Origin: a bacterium
GTDB taxonomy: Bacteria > Cyanobacteriota > Vampirovibrionia > Gastranaerophilales > JBAXKC01
Length of the DNA: 48,694 nt
Direction: 5' to 3'
NCBI GenBank assembly: GCA_037137535.1
Contig: JBAXKC010000022.1
Span: forward strand, 1 to 48,694
Positions 10,808 through 19,626 of this stretch are shown here, piece by piece (position 1 is the first letter of the stretch; each line of letters begins with the position of its first letter). The position numbers and the translations under genes are program-made. The notes beneath the pieces were generated by a model, which was not told the DNA's origin, made no database searches, and saw only the letters and a list, made by a program, of their open reading frames with translations.

Positions 10808-11587
10808 ATGGATAAAATAAGATTAATTGATACTCATGCTCATCTTGATTTTGAAGATTTGAGCAAAAATCTTGATGAGATTATAAAAAATTGTGAAATT
10901 AACGGTATTGAACGAGTAATAATCCCTGGTGTTACAATAAAAGACACTTATAAAATCATTGAACTCATTGATAAATATGATTTTTTATATGGTGCAGTAG
11001 GGCTTCATCCTTCTGATGCTAAAGATTGGGATGATAACAGCTATGAAACTCTTAAAGAGTACGCTAAACATGACAAAGTGATAGCAATTGGCGAAACAGG
11101 GCTTGATTATTATTGGGATAAAACCTTTAATGAGCAACAGCAGTTTGTCTTTAAAGAGCATATAAGATTATCAAAAGAGTTAAAACTTCCTTTAATCGTC
11201 CACGACAGAGAAGCACATGGCGATGTTTTAAAGATTATAAAAGAAACCAACGCTAAAGAAATAGGCGGTGTAATGCATTGTTTTTCGGGAAGTGCAGAGT
11301 TTGCGCTTGAATGTATTAAAGAGAATTTTTATATTGCATTAGGCGGGCCTGTAACTTTTAAAAATGCAAAACAGCCTAAAGAAGTAGCAAAAATTATCCC
11401 TATAGATAAACTTGTACTTGAAACAGATTCCCCTTTTCTGGCTCCTCAGCCTTTCAGAGGGAAAACAAACGATCCTTCAAAAGTAAGGCTTGTTGCGGAA
11501 GAAATAGCTGATTTAAGAGGTATCACTCTTAAAGAATTATCAGAATCTACTTTTAATAATTCAATTAAGTTGTTTTTTTCTAATTAA
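10808..11587 (+). CDS. tatD: TatD family deoxyribonuclease
   Basis: IDTHAHLD, GLHP, IGETGLDY, HCFSG, ETDSPFL; typical position after metG. Confidence 0.93.
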   Translation: MDKIRLIDTHAHLDFEDLSKNLDEIIKNCEINGIERVIIPGVTIKDTYKIIELIDKYDFLYGAVGLHPSDAKDWDDNSYETLKEYAKHDKVIAIGETGLDYYWDKTFNEQQQFVFKEHIRLSKELKLPLIVHDREAHGDVLKIIKETNAKEIGGVMHCFSGSAEFALECIKENFYIALGGPVTFKNAKQPKEVAKIIPIDKLVLETDSPFLAPQPFRGKTNDPSKVRLVAEEIADLRGITLKELSESTFNNSIKLFFSN

Positions 11588-12156
11588 TTTTTATAACTAA
11601 ACAAGAACCACTTTTGACGTGGGTATAGCCTTTGATGATAACCTAAAGTAAGCATTTCCTGGTAAGCCTGTTCAGTTGTCCAATTGTATTCATTAATTCT
11701 GTATAATGCAGTCATAATTCCTGTTCTGTCTTTTCCTTCTCTGCAATGAACAAAAACAGGCTGATTTTGAGGATTATTAATTATACTGAAAAAATATTTA
11801 ATTTGTTCTTGAGACGGAGGATTAAAAGGATTCATCGGAATGCTTATGAATTTTATACAATATTTTTCAACAAGTTTTTCTTCTTTTTTTGTACTTCTGT
11901 CAAATTGCCTTAAATCGATAATTGTTTTTATTCCAAGTTGTGAAAGTTCTTTATAACCTTTGTTTTTAGGTTGTCCGCCTCTATAATATTCTGTATCGAC
12001 TTTATTAAAATGCGGAATAAATACAGGATATTGTTCATATTTTATTTTAAGCAAAGTTTTGTTTTGTGCTTCATGATGTGAAGCATTGGCAGGTAATATA
12101 AGATTAAAAATAATCGCTAATGGCAAAAATAACGATAAAAAGACTTTTAAGTTCAT
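11584..12156 (-). CDS. Exported protein-tyrosine/dual-specificity-type (cysteine) phosphatase
   Basis: YRGGQP, GIKTIIDLR, active-site VHCREGKDRTG (HCx5R); N-terminal signal peptide ending ANA. Confidence 0.85.
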   Translation of the reverse strand: MNLKVFLSLFLPLAIIFNLILPANASHHEAQNKTLLKIKYEQYPVFIPHFNKVDTEYYRGGQPKNKGYKELSQLGIKTIIDLRQFDRSTKKEEKLVEKYCIKFISIPMNPFNPPSQEQIKYFFSIINNPQNQPVFVHCREGKDRTGIMTALYRINEYNWTTEQAYQEMLTLGYHQRLYPRQKWFLFSYKN

Positions 12157-12308
12157 TTTGTATCCTGTAAATTTTGATTCTATAATTATACGTTGTAAAA
12201 ATAAATAACCAATAATAATAAAATTTTATAATAAAACTTTTACTTCCAGCCATTAGTATTTTGTATGTATCCAGATGGATGTATTTTTCATTTAGTGATT
12301 AGTTATCT

Positions 12309-12350
12309 AAACTAACAGACGTGAAACATTAAGTTCACGTCTGTTAGTTT
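12309..12350. terminator. Intrinsic terminator
   Basis: 17-bp inverted repeat AAACTAACAGACGTGAA / TTCACGTCTGTTAGTTT downstream of the gene ending at 12369. Confidence 0.75.
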
Positions 12351-12368
12351 TAGTTTATAAAATTTGTA

Positions 12369-12944
12369 TTAATCTTCTTTTCTATGTCCTGTATTATATC
12401 TGTGATCAACTTGAGCTGTTTTTTCACTTACGTTAAGGCTTGCCTCGTATAGTTGTCCAATAAGCGGAAGTGATCCAACTAAAACTCCAAGCCATACTTG
12501 ACCTTTTGTGCTTTTAGGGAGATGATTTAAAACTCCTTGACCAAACTTTTGGAATCCATTTGTTAAATTTTTGTTATTAGCAAACTTTTTAAGCCCTGAT
12601 TCTTCGGTTTTTTGAAGAGTTACAGCCATAACATGTGCAATTCCTCCAACAATTCCGCCTAAAACTGCTCCTTTTGCTCCACCGATTACGGTTGCTTTTG
12701 TATATTCGCAAGTTCCTATCCATAGCTTTTTACAGCCTGACATAAAGTTTTTAAATCCTTGAATGGGGTTAAAACCACCTTTTTTTTCTTTTTTTTCGGC
12801 TTTTTTATTTGATAGTTCTGCACTATCTCTAACATCTTCCATTTTTACTGCCGCAATTGCAGTATTTTTCTTTTCAGTCTTATCAGGTTTTGCAGCTGAG
12901 AAAGATATTTGATGATTGTAATTTGAGGAATTTATAGAATTCAT
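12369..12944 (-). CDS. Hypothetical membrane-associated protein (glycine-zipper-like segments)
   Basis: 191-aa ORF, AAGGA SD, N-terminal N/S-rich stretch ending ISFSA, GGxxGA segments. Confidence 0.75.
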   Translation of the reverse strand: MNSINSSNYNHQISFSAAKPDKTEKKNTAIAAVKMEDVRDSAELSNKKAEKKEKKGGFNPIQGFKNFMSGCKKLWIGTCEYTKATVIGGAKGAVLGGIVGGIAHVMAVTLQKTEESGLKKFANNKNLTNGFQKFGQGVLNHLPKSTKGQVWLGVLVGSLPLIGQLYEASLNVSEKTAQVDHRYNTGHRKED

Positions 12945-12978
12945 AGTTTAATTTCCTTCATAAATTTATTCAGGCATG

Positions 12979-13009
12979 TATATAAAAACATGAAAATATA
13001 AAAATTGCC
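12979..13009 (-). promoter_or_regulatory. Shared promoter-like motif GGCAATT-N13-GTTTTTATATA
   Basis: Same bipartite motif upstream of the genes starting at 14949, 16163 and 48413. Confidence 0.55.
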
Positions 13010-13220
13010 TAGCCATGCTATTAATTTTATAAAAAGTTATTTATTTGTTACTTTTTGTTACTGTCATTATTTTTGATTCTTTTAGGGATCTTTATATTAT
13101 CATAGTTATGTTTAAAGGTTTGCTTTTGTTAAAATATTATTATGTTATAGGGTTTTATTTATAAAATTTTTCGTATAATATAAATAAGAATGATTATAAA
13201 TTATAAAAGGTTGAAAAATT

Positions 13221-14606
13221 ATGACGACTGCCTCAAAATTTTCAGTAGATGAAGAATATATATCAAGTTTAATGAATTCAGCTCCAACAGCAGAAAGAGT
13301 TGAAGCTATTTTAAATAAAGCACTGGAACTTAAAGGCTTATCTCTTGAGGAGTCTGCCGTTTTATTAAATGTTGAAGATGAAGAATTATTAGCAAAAATT
13401 GCAAAAGCTGCTAAATCTTTAAAAGAAAAAATCTATGGAAAAAGAATAGTAATGTTTGCTCCTTTGTATTTGAGTAATTATTGCGTTAATAACTGCTTAT
13501 ACTGTGGATTCAGAGTTGATAATAAAGAGATGGCAAGAAAAATGCTCACAGTTGATGAAGTAGTTCAAGAAACTGCAAAAATCCTTGAGCAGGGACATAA
13601 AAGAATTTTATTGGTAGCTGGTGAAGATACTAATAGATGTAACTTGGATTTTGTTGAGCAAGTTATCAATAAAATTTACGAACAAAAAATCATGAATGGC
13701 GAAGTAAGAAGATTAAATATAAACATTGCTCCGCTAAAAACAGAAGAATTTGAAAGATTAGCTAAATTTGGACTAGGAACATATCAATGTTTTCAAGAAA
13801 CTTATCATAGAGAAACTTATAAAATAATGCACCCGTCAGGATTAAAAGCCAATTATGAATGGCGTCTTGCTACAATGGACAGAGCTTTGTCCGCAGGGCT
13901 TCATGATGTCGGAATGGGAGTATTATTTGGTTTGACCGATTACAGATTTGAAGTATTAGCTCTTTTAAGCCATGCCGATTACCTCGACAAAAAATTCGGA
14001 GTAGGACCTCATACTCTTTCTATTCCTAGGATTGAGCCGGCTGATGGTTCTGATGTTTCAGAGCAGCCACCGCATGCAGTTGATAATAAAGCCTTCAAAA
14101 AAATAGTTTCTATTTTAAGATTATCAGTTCCTTATACAGGTATTATTCTTTCAACAAGAGAAAATGCAGAGTTTAGAAGAGAATTGCTTGAAGTTGGAGT
14201 TTCTCAAGTTAGTGCAGGTTCTAAAACCAATCCTGGTGGTTATAATGATCAGAAAGCAACAGAACAGTTTTCAATTGGTGATACAAGGTCATTAGATGAA
14301 GTTATATGCGAATTGGCAGAAAATGATTTTATTCCGAGTTTCTGTACAAGCTGTTATCGAGTTGGCAGAGTAGGCAAAGACTTTATGGACCTTGCAAAAC
14401 CGGGATTGATTCAAAAATTCTGTAATCCTAATGCTTTAGTAACTTTTGCTGAATATTTATCTGATTATGCAAGTGAACATACTAAAGAAATTGGTTTTAA
14501 AGCCATTGAAAAGCATGTAGAAGAAATTAAAGATGAAAAAGCAAAAGCTAAAGTCATAAAACAATTAGACGAAATCAAAGCAGGACAAAGAGATTTATTT
14601 TCTTAA
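13221..14606 (+). CDS. hydG: [FeFe]-hydrogenase H-cluster radical SAM maturase HydG
   Basis: FAPLYLSNYCVNNCLYCGF radical SAM motif; C-terminal CTSC-x22-C auxiliary cluster motif, which distinguishes it from ThiH; ends GQRDLF. Confidence 0.92.
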   Translation: MTTASKFSVDEEYISSLMNSAPTAERVEAILNKALELKGLSLEESAVLLNVEDEELLAKIAKAAKSLKEKIYGKRIVMFAPLYLSNYCVNNCLYCGFRVDNKEMARKMLTVDEVVQETAKILEQGHKRILLVAGEDTNRCNLDFVEQVINKIYEQKIMNGEVRRLNINIAPLKTEEFERLAKFGLGTYQCFQETYHRETYKIMHPSGLKANYEWRLATMDRALSAGLHDVGMGVLFGLTDYRFEVLALLSHADYLDKKFGVGPHTLSIPRIEPADGSDVSEQPPHAVDNKAFKKIVSILRLSVPYTGIILSTRENAEFRRELLEVGVSQVSAGSKTNPGGYNDQKATEQFSIGDTRSLDEVICELAENDFIPSFCTSCYRVGRVGKDFMDLAKPGLIQKFCNPNALVTFAEYLSDYASEHTKEIGFKAIEKHVEEIKDEKAKAKVIKQLDEIKAGQRDLFS

Positions 14607-14624
14607 TTGAATAAAGACAAATAT

Positions 14625-14656
14625 AAATCCCGAAGAGCATAAATTCTTCGGGATTT
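14625..14656 (+). terminator. Terminator after hydG
   Basis: AAATCCCGAAGA / TCTTCGGGATTT inverted repeat. Confidence 0.7.
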
Positions 14657-14668
14657 TAAAAATGAAAA

Positions 14669-14692
14669 ACCGACCATTAATAAACGGTCGGT
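14669..14692 (-). terminator. Terminator for the convergent small gene
   Basis: ACCGACC / GGTCGGT stem followed by a T-run on the minus strand. Confidence 0.6.
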
Positions 14693-14727
14693 GTAAGCAT
14701 AAGCAGTTAGAATAAAATTAAATAATT

Positions 14728-14949
14728 TTAAGCAATATCTGATTTACGTTTCTGTACAGGTTGTTGATTATTCAACACCATAGGTTTTTGCATATTTATC
14801 TGATACCTGTTTTGCATTGCCATCATTGTCATAGACCTTAAAATTTGTTCAGGATCAACCTTGCTAGTATTATCTTCCGCCATAGTTTTTGTGTTAGCAT
14901 ACATTCTTACTAATTTTTTATCTGTTGCGTCTCTTGCTCCAACTGCCAT
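14728..14949 (-). CDS. Hypothetical small protein
   Basis: 73 aa, strong AAGGAG SD, own terminator and upstream motif. Confidence 0.7.
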   Translation of the reverse strand: MAVGARDATDKKLVRMYANTKTMAEDNTSKVDPEQILRSMTMMAMQNRYQINMQKPMVLNNQQPVQKRKSDIA

Positions 14950-14987
14950 ACTAAACTCCTTCTTGCGTTTTAATTATTGCTTACATA

Positions 14988-15019
14988 TATATAAAGTATA
15001 TATGAATCAACAAATTGCC
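14988..15019 (-). promoter_or_regulatory. Shared promoter-like motif GGCAATT-N14-TACTTTATATA
   Basis: Variant of the motif at 12979-13009 and 16194-16225. Confidence 0.45.
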
Positions 15020-15085
15020 ACTCAGTCAGAGTATATTAATAAAAGTTTACACAATTATACTTAATCCTTATTAAAACAATTAAGT

Positions 15086-15131
15086 AAATAAAAGCTAATG
15101 CAAGTTAAATCAACTGCATTAGCTTTTATTT
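15086..15131. terminator. Terminator-like hairpin
   Basis: AAATAAAAGCTAATGCA / TGCATTAGCTTTTATTT inverted repeat downstream of the gene ending at 15198. Confidence 0.65.
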
Positions 15132-15197
15132 GTTTATCAATAAATATATATTTAAGTTGGATTTATATTTCGCTTTTTTGCTACTATGTCTACATCT

Positions 15198-16163
15198 TTA
15201 TATTTTGGGCTTATCCTCTAAAAGCTCAATCCAGTAATTTCCGTCTGCTCTTTTTGTTCTTTTATAACCTAATTCTTTTAATTTTTGACTTAATTCTTCA
15301 TTTTCTCCTAACAACTCTTCATTTGTATATGTTTTTCCACCAAATAGTTTATAAGATTCAGGTTCAATATATCTATTGCCGTGTTGATGAGCTATAACAA
15401 GTTTACTTGAGGTTATCGGTCGAGTCCCATGTGATGGCATTAAGTTATCACAAGTGCTAACAAGGATTTTATCTCCCGGCTTGAAATTTTGATCCACATA
15501 TTTATAAACACCCATCCAGTTTTCACCAAATCCACAACCATGTCCCGGTGTTATTAATGCTTTTATATCTCCTGCTTTATATCGCTTAGAGAAGCTATAT
15601 CCTTGACCGTTTATAGCATATAAATCTTCTAGTCTCATCTTCAATATATTATCAAATGAAAGATCATGATTGTCTAAAGGACCTTGCATGTCTAATATTA
15701 TTTTCTCAAATCCGTGATTTTTAGCGACTTTTCTTGATAATAATTCTAGTGCTTTTGCTTTATCTCCATGAGTTTTTTCCAGACATCTTTCGAAATATTG
15801 AACAAAACCCGGATATGTTTTCATTTTTTCATTTAATTCTGCTTTTTTAGCTTGACTTTTAGCAATTTCAGCCGCTTTTTTTATTTCGGTATTTTCTCTA
15901 AGTATATCTTTACTTTTTTTCCATACCGAAATTAGTCCTTTTTCAGTTTTTTGCCAAACACAAATTAAAGAGTCAGGTACTGATTCTTTTGCTAATTTAA
16001 GTATATTTTCAGCAAAGGCTTCATTTTTTACATTTGTAAGTGCGGCAGAGGATAAAGTTAATACATCTGCTCCGGATGAGCCAAAGGAGGTTTGCTTAGG
16101 TGTTACTTTTTGATTATTAGAGGAGAGATTATTAAAATGAGAAAAACTTACTTTATTAATCAA
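15198..16163 (-). CDS. Hypothetical protein
   Basis: 321-aa ORF with TTG start; N-terminal VSFS..TSFG; no recognisable domain. Confidence 0.7.
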   Translation of the reverse strand: MINKVSFSHFNNLSSNNQKVTPKQTSFGSSGADVLTLSSAALTNVKNEAFAENILKLAKESVPDSLICVWQKTEKGLISVWKKSKDILRENTEIKKAAEIAKSQAKKAELNEKMKTYPGFVQYFERCLEKTHGDKAKALELLSRKVAKNHGFEKIILDMQGPLDNHDLSFDNILKMRLEDLYAINGQGYSFSKRYKAGDIKALITPGHGCGFGENWMGVYKYVDQNFKPGDKILVSTCDNLMPSHGTRPITSSKLVIAHQHGNRYIEPESYKLFGGKTYTNEELLGENEELSQKLKELGYKRTKRADGNYWIELLEDKPKI

Positions 16164-16193
16164 TTTTCTAAACCTTATTAAAATTTTACTGAA

Positions 16194-16225
16194 TATATAA
16201 AAACAACTGGATTTATAAAGTTGCC
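16194..16225 (-). promoter_or_regulatory. Shared promoter-like motif GGCAACT-N14-GTTTTTATATA
   Basis: Near-identical to the motif at 12979-13009, at a similar distance from the start codon. Confidence 0.55.
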
Positions 16226-16433
16226 ATGTTAGGAATGTAACAAAAAAACAATATAATTTTCAGTAGGTTTAAAGACAGTAAACCTTAATCATATTATAAG
16301 TATTGGCTGTTTTTATAAAAAAAGCTAAAGGCGACCTAAAAAGAAATAAAGCAATAATTTTTATTCTTAGGCATTATGTAAATAGTTCAATTTAGGCTAT
16401 TAATGTATTTGTTAAAGAGGAATGTAAAATAAA

Positions 16434-17429
16434 ATGCTTCAAAAGTTAAATTTGCCAATTGCTCCAAAAGCAATATTATCAGTTACAGCTCCAAAGTTAA
16501 GTTTTTGTAATGATACGTACCTTAATCTTAATCAGACGGCTTGGGAAGATGAGTTTATACGTTCTCATCCTGATGCTGAAAACGATTTAAAGGAAATACA
16601 AAACTCAAAACCAATGTCTGAAAATAATTTAGAAAATAAATATCCTGCAGGTGCTTCTTTTATTCAATCTTTAGTAGATACTAGACATAAAAAAATCTAT
16701 TCAGAAGAAGAAAATCATATTATTGAAACTTATCAGAATTATGAACCTTTTGTAGCAATAACTGACTCTATATTAAATAAACAAAGAACAAAAATCGAAA
16801 AAGTGGGAATATTTAGACAAGAAAAAGAATTACCACTAACCGATAAGGAAAACAGTAAGGCTGTTGATAATGAAATTAAGTCCCTTATTCATGTACTATC
16901 AAAAAATGAAAAACAATACTTAGACGATTTTAATTCACTAAATGTTGAAAAGACTCAGATTATGCGTGGTGGGCAAAAATTTGATGCATTTGATTTTGCT
17001 CCATTAACAACACATGTTTTAGGTAAAACTAAATATTATTATGATGAAATAACTACACCATCAAATTTAACGAAAAGATTACAATCAAGAATAATTAAAT
17101 ATTTGGATAAGATGGATAAGTTACCGTCGAATCATATTTACACGGGCGAAGCTAATTTTAAAATTGACGCTGGTTTATCAATAAAAGCCTTAGAATTTAA
17201 TCGCACTACTCCACATGAATCAATAAGATTGCTTAAACAACATCCCGAACGTAACTTTGATTTAAAAGTAGCTCTTCCTTCCACTGGTTATATAGATAAA
17301 GATCTTCCTGCTTTAGAGCAAGATTTTAAATCTCTTGTGAAAAATGATATTTTGGGTTGCCCTGCTTATATTTCACAATTAAAAGAAACTTTAAGTAAAA
17401 AATATCCTGATATTATTGAAAACAAATAA
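16434..17429 (+). CDS. Hypothetical protein
   Basis: 331-aa ORF, GAGGA SD, terminator downstream. Confidence 0.7.
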   Translation: MLQKLNLPIAPKAILSVTAPKLSFCNDTYLNLNQTAWEDEFIRSHPDAENDLKEIQNSKPMSENNLENKYPAGASFIQSLVDTRHKKIYSEEENHIIETYQNYEPFVAITDSILNKQRTKIEKVGIFRQEKELPLTDKENSKAVDNEIKSLIHVLSKNEKQYLDDFNSLNVEKTQIMRGGQKFDAFDFAPLTTHVLGKTKYYYDEITTPSNLTKRLQSRIIKYLDKMDKLPSNHIYTGEANFKIDAGLSIKALEFNRTTPHESIRLLKQHPERNFDLKVALPSTGYIDKDLPALEQDFKSLVKNDILGCPAYISQLKETLSKKYPDIIENK

Positions 17430-17445
17430 CATAAAATATAACTGG

Positions 17446-17480
17446 AAACTCACCTATTACTTTAGTGTATAGGTGAGTTT
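17446..17480 (+). terminator. Intrinsic terminator
   Basis: AAACTCACCTAT / ATAGGTGAGTTT plus T-run. Confidence 0.7.
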
Positions 17481-17576
17481 TTTATTACCGACTTAAACAT
17501 ACATATTGTAAAGTATTTTAAGTATTGACCTAAAGATTGTTTTCATGAAATTATAAAAATATGTTTAGATAAATGT

Positions 17577-18419
17577 ATGAAGATAATGTTAAAAATATTA
17601 GAGAATTATAGAATAATCCAAGCTCAAATAACCGAAACAAAAAATGGTAAGCCAATGGCAAAGCTTTTATTAGAAGCTGGAGATAATACATATAATTGCG
17701 TTATATGGCAAGAATATCTTGATAAACTTGACAAAAAAATATTAAAACAAGGTAATTTAGTCAAGGTCAATGATATTGACTATAATGAAAAGTTTAAAAC
17801 TACCTCAATAAATTCTTTAGAACTTATTGAAGAAGCTGGAAGCGGTATTTCAAAACAACAGGCAGAAATTTATCTTAATGATATTTTTCAGTTAATTGAT
17901 AATTTTTCTAATGACAAATTAAGAGATGCTTTAAAAAAGGTGATATTTGAAAATCTTGATGCTTTTTTAACTACTCCCGCTGCTGAAAAAATGCACCATA
18001 ATTATAAAGGCGGTTTAATTAGACATATTTGGGAATGTTTAAATATTGCAAATTCTACTTTACCTGTTTTAAACGATAAAATAGATAAAGACCTTGTTTT
18101 TGCAGGTTGTATAATGCATGATTTCGGCAAAATCTTTGAATATATATTTAATGAAGAAACCGAGAGTGCTTCAAGAAATAACGAGTTTAAAAAAATATGG
18201 ATAAACCATATATATTGGGGTTTTAGCTGGGCAAATAATAATAATCTGCCTGAACTTGCCCATATCATAGCTTCTCACCATGGAATAAAAGACTGGGGCG
18301 CTTTAGTTGAGCCTGTATCTCTCGAAGCTAACCTTGTTCATCAGGTAGATATGATTTCTTCAAGATGCGGAGCTATTTCACTTAATTCTTTAAAAGTAAA
18401 AACAGAAGAAAAAGTATAA
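17577..18419 (+). CDS. OB-fold + HD-domain protein (YhaM-like 3'-5' exoribonuclease)
   Basis: N-terminal TKNGKPM..L OB-like segment; PAAEKMHHNYKGGLIRH, MHDFGKIFEY, HIIASHHG, D motif. Confidence 0.82.
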   Translation: MKIMLKILENYRIIQAQITETKNGKPMAKLLLEAGDNTYNCVIWQEYLDKLDKKILKQGNLVKVNDIDYNEKFKTTSINSLELIEEAGSGISKQQAEIYLNDIFQLIDNFSNDKLRDALKKVIFENLDAFLTTPAAEKMHHNYKGGLIRHIWECLNIANSTLPVLNDKIDKDLVFAGCIMHDFGKIFEYIFNEETESASRNNEFKKIWINHIYWGFSWANNNNLPELAHIIASHHGIKDWGALVEPVSLEANLVHQVDMISSRCGAISLNSLKVKTEEKV

Positions 18420-18424
18420 AAAAA

Positions 18425-18445
18425 GGGCTGATGTTTAATCAGCCC
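18425..18445. terminator. Hairpin between convergent genes
   Basis: GGGCTGAT / ATCAGCCC. Confidence 0.6.
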
Positions 18446-18467
18446 GAATATCGAAGAAAGTAATCTA

Positions 18468-18833
18468 TTAATGAGCATACCCTGCTTTATGTAAAGCAGT
18501 TTTTGCAAAATCGGGTTCTTCTATTCCCGAAGAAAATAGTTCGACAAGAGCGGATCTTAATAATTTTTCACCACGTCTTTTAGCAATTTTAATTCTTTTT
18601 AAAATTCTAATCGCTTTTTTTAAAGTACCTGGGCGTTTAAGTTTTTTTCCCGAAGTTTTGACCATGTCATCAATGTAAATGGCATATAATTCAGGGTTTT
18701 CTATTGCTTTAGGCAATATGCGGTTGTTAAAAATTTCTTTAGAAACGAGCCAGTTGCATTGTAGGTTATCTGCATAAGCAAATACATCGTCCCACGCTTG
18801 GATATAGCCATTACTAAGGTCATTGTTTGTCAT
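18468..18833 (-). CDS. Hypothetical protein
   Basis: 121 aa, AGGTG SD, sigma28-like promoter upstream. Confidence 0.7.
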   Translation of the reverse strand: MTNNDLSNGYIQAWDDVFAYADNLQCNWLVSKEIFNNRILPKAIENPELYAIYIDDMVKTSGKKLKRPGTLKKAIRILKRIKIAKRRGEKLLRSALVELFSSGIEEPDFAKTALHKAGYAH

Positions 18834-18892
18834 AAATTACACCTATCAATCCCTAATCTTCTTTCTACTCACCAATACTCAACATATATTTG

Positions 18893-18919
18893 TTATCGGA
18901 TAATATTTAATAAAGTTTA
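18893..18919 (-). promoter_or_regulatory. sigma28 (FliA/SigD)-like promoter
   Basis: TAAA-N15-TCCGATAA on the minus strand upstream of the start at 18833. Confidence 0.6.
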
Positions 18920-19118
18920 TAGTAAAGAGCAATTTATTTAATATAAATTTACATTTAATCTAGAGTGTTCCTTGTTTTTATTTAATTGATTACTGTACAA
19001 GGTTATGTTATTTATATAATAAGTAATAAGAGGGCTAATGACTTAATTTGTTAATTAATCTTTCTTGTTGAAAAATATAGACAGTTTTGTAATAAAAGCA
19101 TACATAGGGATAATAAAA

Positions 19119-19619
19119 ATGGCAAAAGATGCAAGTTTTGATATAGTTTCCGAATTTGATAAACAAGAATTGGTTAACGCCATCGATCAAGCTAAGAGAG
19201 AAATTAATTCAAGGTTTGACCTTAAAGACAGCAAAAGCGAAATAGACCTTGATGCGGATAAATCTATTACTATTACTTCTTCCGATGAATTAAAACTAAA
19301 AAATATTTTAGATATTTTAGAATCTAAAATGATAAAAAGAGATTTAAGCATAAAATTACTTGATGCTCAAAAACTTGAAAGTGCTTTAGGCGGAACAGTA
19401 AGACAAGTGTTTAACCTTAAAAAAGGGTTAGCTCCTGAACTTGCTAAAAAAATTGTTGCTGATATAAAAGAAGCAAAATTAAAAGTTCAAGTTGCCATTC
19501 AAGGTGATAGCGTAAGAGTTACAGGGAAAAACAGAGACGATCTTCAAACTGTAATTAAGCTTTTAAGAGAAAACCCAGACAATTACGATGCTCCGTTACA
19601 ATTTAATAACTATAGATAA
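19119..19619 (+). CDS. yajQ: YajQ family nucleotide/c-di-GMP-binding protein
   Basis: SFDIVSEFDKQELVNAIDQ..EI..RFD, KVQVAIQGDSVRVTGKNRDDLQ, LQFNNYR; start ATG 19119 with AGGGA SD. Confidence 0.93.
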   Translation: MAKDASFDIVSEFDKQELVNAIDQAKREINSRFDLKDSKSEIDLDADKSITITSSDELKLKNILDILESKMIKRDLSIKLLDAQKLESALGGTVRQVFNLKKGLAPELAKKIVADIKEAKLKVQVAIQGDSVRVTGKNRDDLQTVIKLLRENPDNYDAPLQFNNYR

Positions 19620-19626
19620 TAAAACA

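Noticed and set aside
13221-14606. Possible thiH call, given that thiS is in the window
   Set aside because: Length and the C-terminal CxxC-x22-C motif indicate HydG
14861-15397. Hydrophobic plus-strand ORFs 14861..15064 and 15098..15397
   Set aside because: Overlap minus-strand genes and a terminator; hydrophobicity is explained by T-rich antisense sequence
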